64,000 nucleotides of DNA. Origin: Amoebidium appalachense. Its lineage: Eukaryota > Protista > Ichthyosporea. The stretch spans positions 124,001 to 188,000 of the forward strand of contig CAVNZM010000013.1 of NCBI GenBank assembly GCA_963693365.1, in the 5' to 3' direction. Below, in pieces: positions 27,766 to 53,177 of the stretch. A program made the translations under genes and the position numbers. Position 1 is the first letter of the stretch. Every line of letters begins with the position of its first letter. The notes under the pieces were generated by a model. That model did not search any database, was not told the origin of the DNA, and saw only the letters and a list, made by a program, of their open reading frames with translations.

Positions 27766-28342
27766 CTGGCATCATGGTTTGGGTTAGTTTATGTTTAATG
27801 TGTTTTATTCTTGCTTTAGATTATGTTTGATGTATTTTAGTTTTGCTTTAGTTTATGTTTAGTGTCTTTTATTTTTGCTTTAGTTTATGATTTCATTTAG
27901 TCTATGTTTTGGTTTAGTTTGTGTGCGTGTGTGTATAATGTCGGGGAAGGAGAGAGGGAAGAGGGGAAAGGGAAGGGGGGGGGGGGGGGGGGGGGAGGGG
28001 GGCTTCTCCATAAAAGGGTAAGAAAAGCGAAAACTGTCACCTCGAAAAACGCAAGAAGGGGGATTTTCCTGACTGCGGGGTTAAGGGGTCAGGTCAGGGG
28101 TTAGATAGGTGGGTGTGTATGGTGGTGGTGTGTGTGTGTGTGTGTGTGTGTTTTCGCGCGCATGTCTTTTCTGTCCATTCTCCCTCCTCCCCCCCCCCCC
28201 CCCCCTCCAAACCTTTTCTTTACACCTTTTTTTTTTTTTTTTTTTTTTTTGCGGGGAGTGAATGTGTATGTGTGTGTGTGTGTGTGGTGGTGGTGGTGGT
28301 GGTGGTGGTGGTGGTGGTGGTGGTGGTGGTGGTGGTGGTGGT

Positions 28343-28407
<65 letters not shown>

Positions 28408-28782
28408 GGTCAGTAGGTAGATGTCAATCATCGAAGGAAAGGGTGCAGCCCCGATAATTTACGGATGGATTAAGCAGGAACGGGGGGAGGTGGATGAAAA
28501 CCGGGGGGGGAGCCGGGGGGGAGAGGGGGGGGGGGGAGGGGGGGAAGGAGGGAGGGGTGGGCTTTGTGACCCCTCCCAAAAGCTGACATGGCGTAATGTT
28601 TGAGAAGAAAAGGAGGCGCCTCTCTATTTACAAACAATCTTGAAAGGAAATGAAGAGGAAACACACTGTTGTTCTGATATTCTGAATCCCAAGTGTGACT
28701 ATACCGAATGTGTGTGGTGTTTGTCATGTGTGCTGTGTGGGTCTAAGTGACATATCTGTTTTATTGCTGCCAGCATGCCCAC

Positions 28783-31980
<3,198 letters not shown>

Positions 31981-32390
31981 CTGGAGGATAACTTCGGAAT
32001 TAAAAACACAGCTTTTGCTTCTCGGTCTTTCAACGCCTGTCCTACTTCTCCTTCCCTCCCTCTCTCTATTTCTTTCTCTCTCAATCTCTCTCTCTCTTTC
32101 TGTCCCCTCCCCCTCCCCCTCCCCCTCCCCGTCCGCCCCCCTCTCTCTCATTCTCTCACTCTCTTTCCTCCCCCGCTCTCCTCTCCCCCCTACCTACCCT
32201 TACCCAACACCGCCTCTCTCACCCCCCCCCCCCCCCCCCCCCCCCCCCCCTGCCCTCCCCGCCCCGGGCGCCCTCTCCCCTCTAGTCCAAATGGCGGAGG
32301 GACAAGTTTCTTCTCTAACACATATCCAAACCTAAATGACTAAGAGATACTTGAAAATGGCATACATGCACACGCCACCCACACACATAT

Positions 32391-32469
<79 letters not shown>

Positions 32470-34028
32470 CCCCCCCCCCCCCCCCCCCCCCCCCCCACCC
32501 CCCCTCTCCCTGCTCTCTCTCTCTCTTGATTTCTCTCTCTGTGTGTGTGCCTTTTTGTGTGTATGTGTGTTGTGTATGTTTGTGTGTGTGCGCGCGCGCG
32601 TGTGTGTGTGTGTGTGTGTATCTCCTAGTATATGTAGTTTTGTGAATGTGTTGGGATTGAGAGGGGAGGGATGGCGTGTATGGGGGGGGGGGGGGGGGGG
32701 GGGGGTGGTTAGAGAGGCGGCATGGGGTAGGGAAGGGGGAAGGGAGGGGTGGTAGCAGAAGGGGGGGAGGGGGCGGGGGGAAAGAGAGAGGGAGGGGAGG
32801 GGGGAAAGGGGTAGGGGTTGCACATGGTGTGAACACATTGCTTCATCTATCATATAAGCAACCCACTCCACTTTCCCATTTCCTCCACCGAGTCATTCCG
32901 TATGCATTCTCTGTGCAATGTTTGCGGTAGTAATGCAGGCTTTGTTTAGCATAAAAGGAAAAGAAAAAAAAACGGAAAAAAAGGAGTGAACCATCACCTG
33001 TGCTGGTGAATCTGGGGTTGGCGTCGGGGTCTCTGTTGGTGAGTCGCTGGTGGTCACAAAGCGAGGCCTAGTGCCTTCTGCCTGGCCGCTGGACATCTGC
33101 AAACGAGGAAAACCCTCACGCATTTCATTTAGAAAAGAGATGAACCAACTGATTATTTAAACGAAAATTTCTCTTTTCAGGTGTAGAACAGGACTTCTGC
33201 AAAGGAAAAATTATCCATTTTTCCAGGTACAAACCGATAAATAAAAAGGAAGTTACTCTTTTGGCAGCGTTTTCCTTCTACCATCTGTCCCCCCAACCCC
33301 CCCCCCCCCCCACAAACCCCCCCCCCCCCCCCCCCCGTGGTCTACCCGTGTGCCCTCCTCTGGGGCTATCTTGATTGGCTGAGGGTGTGGTTTCTCACAC
33401 ACACTACATATTCTCTCCCGTTCTCTTTCTGCCTCACTCTCCATGTTATTCAAAGTTCAACCGAGTACGATGGATATGCGCACATGCACTCGCACGGGGA
33501 TGCCCGGGAGTGCGTGTGTGTGTGTGTGGTGTGTGTGTACCTGTGTGCGGGGTGTGTTTGAGCGCATGTGTGAGCGTGTGCGCACGTGCGCGGGGTGTGT
33601 GTCTGCATTGGGTGAGCGCTTGTGTGCTTGTTCGGGTTGCATGTATGCGCATGTGAGTGTGGATGTATGTGTGAGCGCGTGTGTGTGCGTGTGTGCAGGG
33701 TGTGTGTGTGCATGTGTGAGCGGGCGTGTGCATGTGTGAGTGAGTGTGTGCATGTGTGCGCTCATGTTTGAGTGTGCTCGGCATGCCCCCTCGTGGATGT
33801 TTGTGCTTGTTTGTGTAAGTGGCCATATGTGCTGCAAAACAAACGTAAGAGGGAATGCTTGTGGCCCAATTCTCACAGAAGGGTTTGTGGTAAGGGTTGT
33901 TATAACCGTTTCCAGCGAAGGAATGAGGGAAAGAAAGAAGGAAAGGGAAGTAGGAAGAAGCCGCAAGGAAGGGGTGAGGCGGGCTGGCCCGGGGGAAAGG
34001 GGGGGGGGGGGGGGGAGGGGAGGGGGAA

Positions 34029-34059
<31 letters not shown>

Positions 34060-34669
34060 GAAAGAACGAGGGAGTAGGGTGAGAGGGGGTATATAATTGG
34101 GCGGGGCGGGGGGGGGGGGGGCGAGGGGGAGGCATACCAGCTTATTCCAATCGATGCCGATCGCCTTGAACAAACCAAGACCCTCACATTAAACCACGAA
34201 AGCAACCCTGTCTTTAAGACCTTCGCCGCCGCTCTCCTGCCCGGTTCGCTAAGTTTCGCTCTCTTCATGATCACTTGAAACTCAATCCGTCTGCGTACGA
34301 CAAAGTCCCATAACCGGCGGCCGCTTAAAGGACATCCGTTAAACGACGTGTGAGTTAAAGCACTCACGAGAAGGTGGGCCTTTGGTGTGCTTTTTGCGCA
34401 AACACATAAATAGGACACAAATGCCGCCACAGCAGAGGGTGTGAGCTCCATGCACGGAGTCTCGGCCCACACCAGGCAAACATCTTGCTGATTTTGGTCC
34501 AATTGAATGAGCGCAGGTGTTTCCATCTGGCCAAGGATGAGAACATCGTGTGCTTATAGGTTTCGAAGCCCATTTTCCTGCGTGAGTTCTTTAATAGGTA
34601 TGCGCCCCGTGCTCGTCCTTGCCAGGTGGCACAGAACCTGTTGGTACGTGCGGAAAGTCTGTGTGGGGG

Positions 34670-34748
<79 letters not shown>

Positions 34749-35016
34749 ACGTGCATGTGTGTGTGTGTGTGTACGCGCAAGTGAGTGAGTGAGTGAGCAT
34801 GTGAGTATCTGTGGGTGGGTGGCCGCGTGGGTGTGTGCACGTTGGGGGGCGTGCTTGCTCGTGTACGTGTGTGTGGGGAAGAGAGTGAGGGATTGAGCAG
34901 GGGGGAAAGTGACTCACAATAGGAACAAGGGAAGGGAGTTTGCTTTGCTGGATGAGGAGAAAAAAGGGGACCCAGTGCTGGATACGGAAAGGGGGCATGG
35001 CCCAAGCAAAGGGATC

Positions 35017-35236
35017 AGGCCCTTGCAAAAATATCCCAAAAACAGCTCCTGATTAACGAATGGAGATATTCAGAAATATCCCGTAAACTAAGCCCATAAT
35101 ATCACCACAATATATCAAAAAGCTCTTTGAATATCGAAAACATATCTTTTGTACCCCTGAACATCAAAAAAAAAATATGCAGGGCACGGGATGTTATTTT
35201 GGGATATTTGATAATTGGGATATTTTTGGAAGGCCT
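35017..35236. mobile_element. MITE-like element (~220 bp) in an intron
   Basis: AGGCCCTTGCAAAAATATCCCAA at the left versus TTGGGATATTTTTGGAAGGCCT at the right (~22-bp imperfect TIR); internal ATATC/GATAT repeats; no clean TSD. Confidence 0.6.
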
Positions 35237-35617
35237 ACAAGGCAGGCGGACACATGCATGAGGTTGTTGGGGATAGTGAACATGAAAGGTGGAAGCGGGC
35301 AAAGTTTTATGGTCGGTGGCAGCAAATTGTTCCGAGAAGGCGGGTGTTTTTTCTTTCTTTTTTTTTTTCCTTTCTGTATAGGTGGTGGCGGTGGTGGGGT
35401 GGGGGGAGGGGGGAGGGAGGGAGGGGGGAGGGAGGGAGGGGAGGAGGTAGCAGGGGTAATGCTGGTCCACAAGTGCTGTGGAGGGGGGGGGACTGCCGAT
35501 TTTGGGCGAGTGGTTGGGGTGTCCGGGGGGGGGGGGGGGGGGGGGAGAGGGGTAGGAGGGGGCGGGTGGAGTGGGGGGTAGGGGGGTGGCGGGGTGGGTG
35601 GTGGGTGGTGGTGGTGG

Positions 35618-35648
<31 letters not shown>

Positions 35649-37579
35649 TTTTACTTGGGGAGGCTCGATTTCTGCATACCAGCCCTCTCAATGCATAAGA
35701 GGCGTCTGCTCTTCCGTTTGTGCCAGGGGGCTGTCACCGATGTGTGCTGGACGCTGTTTTGAAGCGGAGAGAGGGGGGGGGGGGGGGGAGGAGGGGGGAG
35801 GAGGGGGGAGGGGGGAGGGGGGGGGGGGAAGGGATTTCCAGGCGGTGAACAGTATGTTACAAAGAACCAAGTGAAAGTAAGAGATGGATTGATGTGTCTT
35901 GCATTGTCTTTTGTGGTGGTAGTGGTGGGGGTGCGGGGTGAGGGTGGGGGGGGAGGGGGGGGGGGGGGAAGGGAGAGACAGAGAGAGGCAAGAGTAGAGG
36001 CAGAGAAAGAGCGGCGGGTGGTGGTGGGGGGGGGGGGGGGGGGGGAGGGGAGGGGGAGAGGAAGAGAGGGGGGAGGGAGGGAGGGGAGGGCGGGGGGGGA
36101 GAAGGGTAAAGGGAATGAAAGTGGCATTAAATGTGGCAGAAAGTGCACCGAGATAAGCACGTGTACATGCGCTGCCTTGTTCATACCCTGACGGGCACAA
36201 AATCAGATAAAAAAATAATGATTATCCCTAAGAGGAGAGAGAACCTACCATAATGGAATGTCAATTAGGGAGGGTAGAGGGTGAGGAGACACGAGGGTAT
36301 GGGGGGGAGGGGAGGGGGGGGGGGGAAGGGAGGGGGAGGGAAAGGGGGTGAGGGGGGAAGATGAATTCCTTGGGGAAATAGGGAGATGAGGCAGGAAGAA
36401 GCAGGAATATAAATGAAGTCAATTGAGTAGAAAAGCAGATGTGGGGGGTAGGAAGGGGGGGAGGGGAGGGGGAGAGAGAGGGAGAGAAGGGAGCTGAGGA
36501 GGGGAAGGGGGAAGAAGCAAGGGGAGGAGGGAGAAGTAGAGAGGGGCGGAAGGGGTGTGGGAGAGAAGGAGGGGAAAGGAGAGGCAGACATACCGCTTCT
36601 TTGAGATCAACTCCAATCTCCCGGAATAACTCCCTTCCTCCCGCCACAATTCCAAAATTGCGCAGTTTTGCACCAATGTCTTCATCTTCCATGATAGCGC
36701 TCAATGCACTTGCCTTGGCTACCACACTTCAATCCCATCAGCTCGAGGTTCGAACTCGGGCCGTGACAAAATAATCATCCAGGCCGATTCATCGGACAAC
36801 ATGAAGTTCCGGAAAGTCAGATGGGCAAGCGCTGAGATTAGATGATTCTTGTTTCTAGGGGTGGAGCAGAGCAGTGCACACACAATTGCCAAAACATGAG
36901 GGGTGATTTCTCCCTGCGAGTGAACCGTCCAGAAAAATGATAGCCTGTCTGAAGCATCGTCGGCTACTATAAGTAATTGACTTCCCTTTGTCAAAGTTGC
37001 CTTTAAAGACTCAGATGTGCGCTTGCGAAATCTGGGTTTGTGAAGAAGATCTTTTATGGTGATGAAGCCAGTATCTGTTCTGAGTATGTCTTTCAGACAC
37101 CTTGCTTGGAGGGAGAGCTCTTCTCCCGTTGCCTGTAAAAGCATAGTTTTAGATGGCGTGAAATGATTCTCTATGAAGAAGAGGTATACTGTGCTTCAGT
37201 TGGCATTGGTGGGAGAAAAAGAAGTAGGTGGTGTCATGAAACCAAGAGAAGGACAGGGAGGATGGGAGGGAAACACCTGCAAGTGAACGTACACAATCAT
37301 ACACATAGACAAGCAATAAATTTGCTCGTGCACAGGCGCATCAATGCGCACGCATGCACAAACACATGGATCAGCACATAATGGGCTAAACAAACATAAG
37401 AAGCTTAGAAATCTATCATATACACAGCACATGCACAAACCTACATAATAGGTGTCGGGATGGAATCCCCAATGTATTTGGAAACGGGGGTGCTTGCCAT
37501 GGTCATCAAGACACACGTTTTGACCGCAGCCTAAGGTAGCAACGATTGGAGTAGAGAAGTGGAAGCACACACTATTTAC

Positions 37580-37665
37580 CCTTGTGCTAGGTGGCTGCGC
37601 TAATGTGTGTGCCACGGGATTAGGCCTTGTGCTAGGTGGCTGCGCTAATGTGGGTGCCACGGGAT
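37580..37665. repeat. 45-bp tandem duplication in the putative first exon of the left gene copy
   Basis: CCTTGTGCTAGGTGGCTGCGCTAATGTG(T/G)GTGCCACGGGAT twice; reads PVAxTLAQPPSTR twice on the minus strand, followed by a GTAAAT donor. Confidence 0.8.
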
Positions 37666-37693
37666 GCACATCATAGATGTAGATAGAGGGAAA

Positions 37694-38025
37694 CTCTTGA
37701 AACCAAAACTCGGCCAGCCGAGCAGCTCAGCGACGGTTGCCGGTGGCCGGCCGGCTCCGGGGATCCGGCGGTTGAACCGTTATTTGAGTGAACTCCGGGG
37801 ATTTTTGTGGCCGTTTTGATGAAATAAGTATCCCTGCTAATCGGAAAGACGGGTGCTGTTAAATCAGAAATACGAAATAGTGGATCATATTTCAACCCCT
37901 GAAACAAGACTGATCTGACTGGGCAAGCAAGCACCCGTATTTGCAAATATAGTAAGTCCGCGAGAATTTGAGCCTCTCTCAACCCGCGGCCGGCGCGGCC
38001 GGCCGGTCGCCACAGATTTCAAGAG
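37694..38025. mobile_element. Possible MITE (332 bp) between the two divergent paralogs
   Basis: 9-bp perfect IR CTCTTGAAA...TTTCAAGAG flanked by AAA on both sides; GGCCGGCCGG..GGTTGA / TCAACC..GGCCGGCCGG imperfect subterminal IRs. Confidence 0.4.
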
Positions 38026-38311
38026 AAAGGTTGAAAGCCGATGTTACAAATGAGCTGATTTTAGGAAAAGAAAAATACAAAGCATATTTATTCCTATTTA
38101 TTATTTATTATTTCTAAGTAACTCGCCCGCACAACGTGTAATTAGTTTATTGAACTGATTAGGCAGCCTTGTACGAGAGTAGTGGCTCTGAATGTCGGGC
38201 TTTATGAAGAGACCTTCTATGTTCGTGCACCTTTCCTGCAGCTGTTTACCAATAATACATCAGCTGGTACCGCTGTGCAACCATATAGCATGTTAATGGA
38301 CAAGTTAAAGA

Positions 38312-48429
<10,118 letters not shown>

Positions 48430-49597
48430 TTGTCTAGCTTTTTTTTTTTTTTTTTTTTTTTTTCGGGGGGGGGGGGGGGGGGGAGGGGGGGGGGGGGATC
48501 CAGGGAGGGAGGAGGAGAGGGGGAGGGATGCATGTTTTCTGTTCTCCCTTCTTTGTCCCCGTTTTGACGGGTTGTAGCCAATGGACGAATGCAATTGTAG
48601 TTTTCGTTCCGTATATATGACCACATGCATGAGCATAGTAGGAATGGTCATATAAGCTCGCTAATACTTAACATCCAAAATGTGTAGCGACACGTGTACG
48701 TGGTATGAAATGTTTTTTTTAGATAATGAATTTATTGATATTCTCGTCAAAATAGAGATAATCGAGATATCACAGATATCTCAGCGAAGAAAATGTAAAA
48801 GAAACCTTACTCTCGGATACGGATAGGATAACGACTTAGATAATCATACACCCTAGAAAACTCGTGAAACATTCGGTGATTTAACAGATAGTCAATAGAC
48901 GTAATATCAGGGTTATCTAAATAAGCCAGTCTTCTAACTTCCTGAAATGTTTTCTAGTAAAAAATTAATTTGAATGAACTTCAAGTTTTTTTCCCCCTAT
49001 TTTGTGCCATGTCCTCCCACATGCATGATTCCATGTACATGTACCGAAACGGTGAAGGAGTGTTGTCGACGTCTGCAGCAGAACTGCAGAAATGTGCAGT
49101 GTGACTTGCAGAACTTAACGTTTATCGTCGGATTTCTCCATGGTTTCTTTTTCTGGCAATCGCTCAACTCCGAAAGAAAGAAATGTGAGAGCCCTAGGGA
49201 TATATATTGATAGCATCATATATAGGCAAAACTGCCAATTATGTGCTCAGACTTTAATATATATGGCGCAGATTTGACGTCAAATGTTATAAATGATTTG
49301 GCGCCGTGAAACGCTGAATAGATTTAACAGGTAACTCTATCTTGGAGCTTTTTCTGCACCATATAACATCGGCTGTCTTGATCTAAGAGAATGCCCGAGA
49401 AGCATGTGTGTGCCATAATTACTAAAAACGTTTTAAAATATAAACAAACAGAAGTATAAAAATCGAATTCCAAAGAATGTTGTTCCATGATATGCACAGC
49501 CCATCCGTTCGTTGACCAAATCCCACGCGTGGGCACGGTATACATGAGTGGGCGCATGCACATGTGTGTGTGGTGTACGCGCGCGGGTGTGTGTGTG

Positions 49598-49659
<62 letters not shown>

Positions 49660-49808
49660 GCGTGTGCGTGTGCGTGTGCTGTGCCGCCGGTGTGTGTGTG
49701 TGTGTGTGTGCATGTGCGTGTGCGTGTGCGTGTGTGCGCGCGCACGAGTCTGTGTGTCCATGTGTGTACATAGAAATGTTAAAGGGACACATGGTGGTGG
49801 TGTGGGCT

Positions 49809-49839
<31 letters not shown>

Positions 49840-51326
49840 GGGGGAGGGGGGCACGGTACCTTGCCCCGTATCCATAATGAATGCATGGGTTGTGTACATA
49901 TGATGCCATATTGACGCCGTGGTTTCCTTTGGTCTATCTATCTATTTCGCAGTGATCCGGTTAGCCGGGTATGATTAGCTTGCCACGCTTCCCAATAAAA
50001 AGAGGCACCCTTTCCAGTCGTGTATTACTAATGGCGTGACACCATGAGGGCTTCTGCGCGCTCAAGAAAAACCAGTACCTAATTGTACCTGTAGTGGCGC
50101 TGCCTTGACTTCCTACATGCTTTTTTGTCATGATACCGTAATAATTGTATACCCTGTATGGATTGAAACGGAAGAGAATGGATAGGTGGGTGTTCTTCCT
50201 TGTGTGTGTGTGCGCGCGCACGTGTGTTTTGGGGGGAGGGGGAGGGGGGGGGGGGGGGGGGGGGGGAGGTTGTAAGTGCGGGCTCGCAGTAGATCATTGA
50301 TTAAAACAAAGTGGCACAACTTGAAACATATGTCCATAGAGGGGTGTGTGTGCAGGTGTGTTTGGGGGAGCGGTCAGAATATTAAGTACACATTCACAAC
50401 GGACGACACAATGCAGATTGCAGTGCCCGCATATACACAGTATGCATCATAAAGGTGAGTGACAGAGTACCAGCGGCAATGCCTGACAAGCCAAACACAC
50501 ACACAGTCAAACTGACAGTTGGCCTGTGATGTTCCCACACGCCCAACCATTTTTTTGCGAACCTTTTGTCCTGCACTTGTGAGCTCGTGCGTGCGTTACT
50601 GAGTCCTCCCTCCCCCTTTTTTTCTTTTTTTTTTTTTCTGGTGGTACAAAAATTTAATTTCAAACTGACAGTCAAACTGAGTGCCCCCCCCCCCCCCCGC
50701 CCCAACACAAACACACACACACAGACACAACTGTATTCATCCCCCTCCGCCCCTCCCAAACACACACACACAGACACAACTGTATTCATCCCCCCCCTCA
50801 AACACACACTCACATACACATACGTGTGCCCCCGCGCACGATTAACACTACCACCAAGCTCTCAGGCTGACACACGCATCCATCCACCCACCTATGATAC
50901 TGCCCTTTAGGTTCTGACCAGACTGACGCCCCTCCCGCGACACGTCACGTGCGCCACGAAACCAGAAGCCGGGGGCCCGAAAGATATGCAGGAAAATGAA
51001 AATGTTTTTATTCCCACCTGGGGTTAATGGCTTCTTCATAAGATCTTTCGTTACGATGTATGACTTTTTACATTGCCAATCTTCTTGAATTCTGGTGCGT
51101 CTCTTATCAATCATTTTTTGCAGCAGGCCAATTTTCGGGTTGGCGTCTAATTTAACCCTCCCCCCATCCCATACGCACAACCAAGGACACCACAGTACCA
51201 CTAAATCGATTACTTTCTTCTTTGGAATCACGCAAATACCTTACCATATTAGGGGGGGGGGGGGGAAGAAAGATTACGGTTCCTACTATGGCACAAACTA
51301 TACATGATCTATAAAGCCATTCCTGT

Positions 51327-52943
51327 TTAGTGTCCGAGCGACTTGTGCTCAGCGAGGGCTTTGATTGGCCCTTGGAAGTGGTGTCTGGCGGAAATGAACC
51401 AATTGGCACCGGCTATTAAAACGGCGCCAACGGTGACGACAATGGTATAGTTCATGTTCTCAACCGTGACGGGGGCCTCGCCGGGGAGAACCAATAGGCA
51501 TGCGGAGAACGTGAGCCACGTGGCAGCGACGAGCCCGATTGGCTTAGAGAAGGCCCCGAGCGAGAATATCTTGGTGGGGGTGAAGCGGTTGGCAGAGATG
51601 GTCAACCTACACCAGATGGGGAGGGCGTAGGAAATCTGGTAGCCAATGACGGTGAGGGAGGTGATTGCCGCGAACGCCGTGTCGTTGAACATGGGAAGGA
51701 TGAGGAGAATGGTGCCACCATAGAAGACGAGGAGAATGGAGTTAATGGGGATGGAGTTGAACGACACCTTTGAAACCCACGACGAGAATGGGAGACCACC
51801 ATCACGGCCCATTGCGAAGGCAATGCGTGACGTCACGGTCATGGAACTGACGCCGGCAAAGTAGAGGTTGATGACGAGAATCCATGTTGCGATGAGAGCG
51901 CCCGTCTTGCCAAGCGTGTCGTAGTACACCTGGATGGTGGCACCAAGACCTTGCTCATCCTCCAGCAGCTTGTCGAAATCGGCAATGCCAAACAGAAGAC
52001 CGAACAGGTAGAAAAACCCGAAGACGGACGAACACAGGCAGCAATAAACGATGCCCATTGACGCGGACTTTGACGCGTTCTTGGTTTCCTCGGCGAGATG
52101 CGCACCGGCTTCGTAGCCGGACATGGAATAGGTGGGAACAAGCACACCGAGAAGAATCGCAAGGCCAAACGAGTTGAAACCGGTCCCGTCGTATGTCTTC
52201 GTGAAGACGAACTCTGGTGATGCACGCTCCGGGGCAGCAACAATAATGGCAAGAGCGATGCCAAATGCTGACAGAAGCTGGAACGTGACCGAGGCAATGT
52301 ACATGTACCCTTGCTGGCCAATTTTCAGCACATTCACAACGACAAACGTAGCTTGTGCAATCATGGCAACACCTGCCGTCATCTTTTGCGACAGACCCTC
52401 TCCTCCGCCCACAACCAACGCACTGCTCAACATGCTGGCGAATCCGTACGCAAACGCCGAACATCCAGCAAGGTTACCGAGAAAGTTGAACCAACCATCG
52501 ATGTAGCTGGCAATGGCACAATACTTTGGCCCGGCTAAGACACCTGCCCAATGATAAACAGAGCCTGCCGAGGGATACTTGGAACAAATCTCGGCGAGGG
52601 CAAGGCCGGTAAAGAGGGTCATAATACCGGAGATAAACCATGTGTATACCATTGCAGCTGGCCCGCCATTGTACAAACCGAGATCGAACGTGGCGCTTAA
52701 ACTGGAAAGAACATTGACACTGGTGAAACAAAAGGCAAAGGACATAAACCCGTTAAATCCGCGGTTAAGCTCTTGCTTGTATCCCATCTGCTCCAATATG
52801 GCATCGTCTGTATCGATGGATGAACCTTCATTTTCGGTGTTGACGCCAAGGGCCCCGTGGCCGGGGGACCCCACAAAGCCCTCCTCCGCCTTCTTCTCGG
52901 CTACACTACTAGTGTCTTGATCCCTGTAGATGTTTGCAGACAT
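51327..52943 (-). CDS. APC-superfamily amino-acid permease (GABA/choline transporter group, UGA4/HNM1/BAT1-like), intronless, 538 aa
   Basis: LEQMGYKQELNRGF, GGPAAMVYTW, LAEICSKYPSAGSVYHWA, GYEAGAHLAEETKNAS, SRIAFAMGRDGGLPFS, PVTVENMNYT; about 12 hydrophobic segments; first ATG at 52943. Confidence 0.93.
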   Translation of the reverse strand: MSANIYRDQDTSSVAEKKAEEGFVGSPGHGALGVNTENEGSSIDTDDAILEQMGYKQELNRGFNGFMSFAFCFTSVNVLSSLSATFDLGLYNGGPAAMVYTWFISGIMTLFTGLALAEICSKYPSAGSVYHWAGVLAGPKYCAIASYIDGWFNFLGNLAGCSAFAYGFASMLSSALVVGGGEGLSQKMTAGVAMIAQATFVVVNVLKIGQQGYMYIASVTFQLLSAFGIALAIIVAAPERASPEFVFTKTYDGTGFNSFGLAILLGVLVPTYSMSGYEAGAHLAEETKNASKSASMGIVYCCLCSSVFGFFYLFGLLFGIADFDKLLEDEQGLGATIQVYYDTLGKTGALIATWILVINLYFAGVSSMTVTSRIAFAMGRDGGLPFSSWVSKVSFNSIPINSILLVFYGGTILLILPMFNDTAFAAITSLTVIGYQISYALPIWCRLTISANRFTPTKIFSLGAFSKPIGLVAATWLTFSACLLVLPGEAPVTVENMNYTIVVTVGAVLIAGANWFISARHHFQGPIKALAEHKSLGH

Positions 52944-52960
52944 TTTCAAAGAAGCTACTT

Positions 52961-53056
52961 ACGCCAAAAAGGCTTTCAAGGGATATTCCAAAAAGGCTTT
53001 CAAGGGATACGCCAAAAAGGCTTTCAAGGGATACGCCAAAAAGGCTTTCAGGGGAT
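52961..53056. repeat. 4 x 24-bp tandem repeat just upstream of the permease ATG
   Basis: ACGCCAAAAAGGCTTTCAAGGGAT x4 with few mismatches. Confidence 0.92.
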
Positions 53057-53079
53057 GCTAAACTAGGTATCAGGCCCGG

Positions 53080-53177
53080 CACACGGCGCGCGCCCCCCGC
53101 TAAGGGAGTAAGAATGAGCGAAAACAACCACACGGCGCGCGCCCCCCGCTAAGGGAGTAAGAATGAGCGAAAACAAC
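53080..53177. repeat. 2 x 49-bp perfect tandem duplication
   Basis: CACACGGCGCGCGCCCCCCGCTAAGGGAGTAAGAATGAGCGAAAACAAC at 53080-53128 and 53129-53177. Confidence 0.9.

Noticed and set aside
34554-34556. In-frame TAA as evidence of stop-codon reassignment
   Set aside because: The same gene copy has frameshifts, TGA and TAG, and intact genes end in TAA, TAG or TGA; pseudogenisation explains it.
48719-48921. GATA-rich segment with short TTAGATAA/TTATCTAA inverted ends as a MITE
   Set aside because: The IR is too short and cannot be extended; no TSD.
50848-51231. 127-aa minus-strand ORF downstream of the permease
   Set aside because: No recognisable domain; starts without ATG and probably lies in the 3' flank.
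52961-53056. CRISPR-like array
   Set aside because: Repeats are contiguous with no spacers, there are no cas genes, and the context is eukaryotic.
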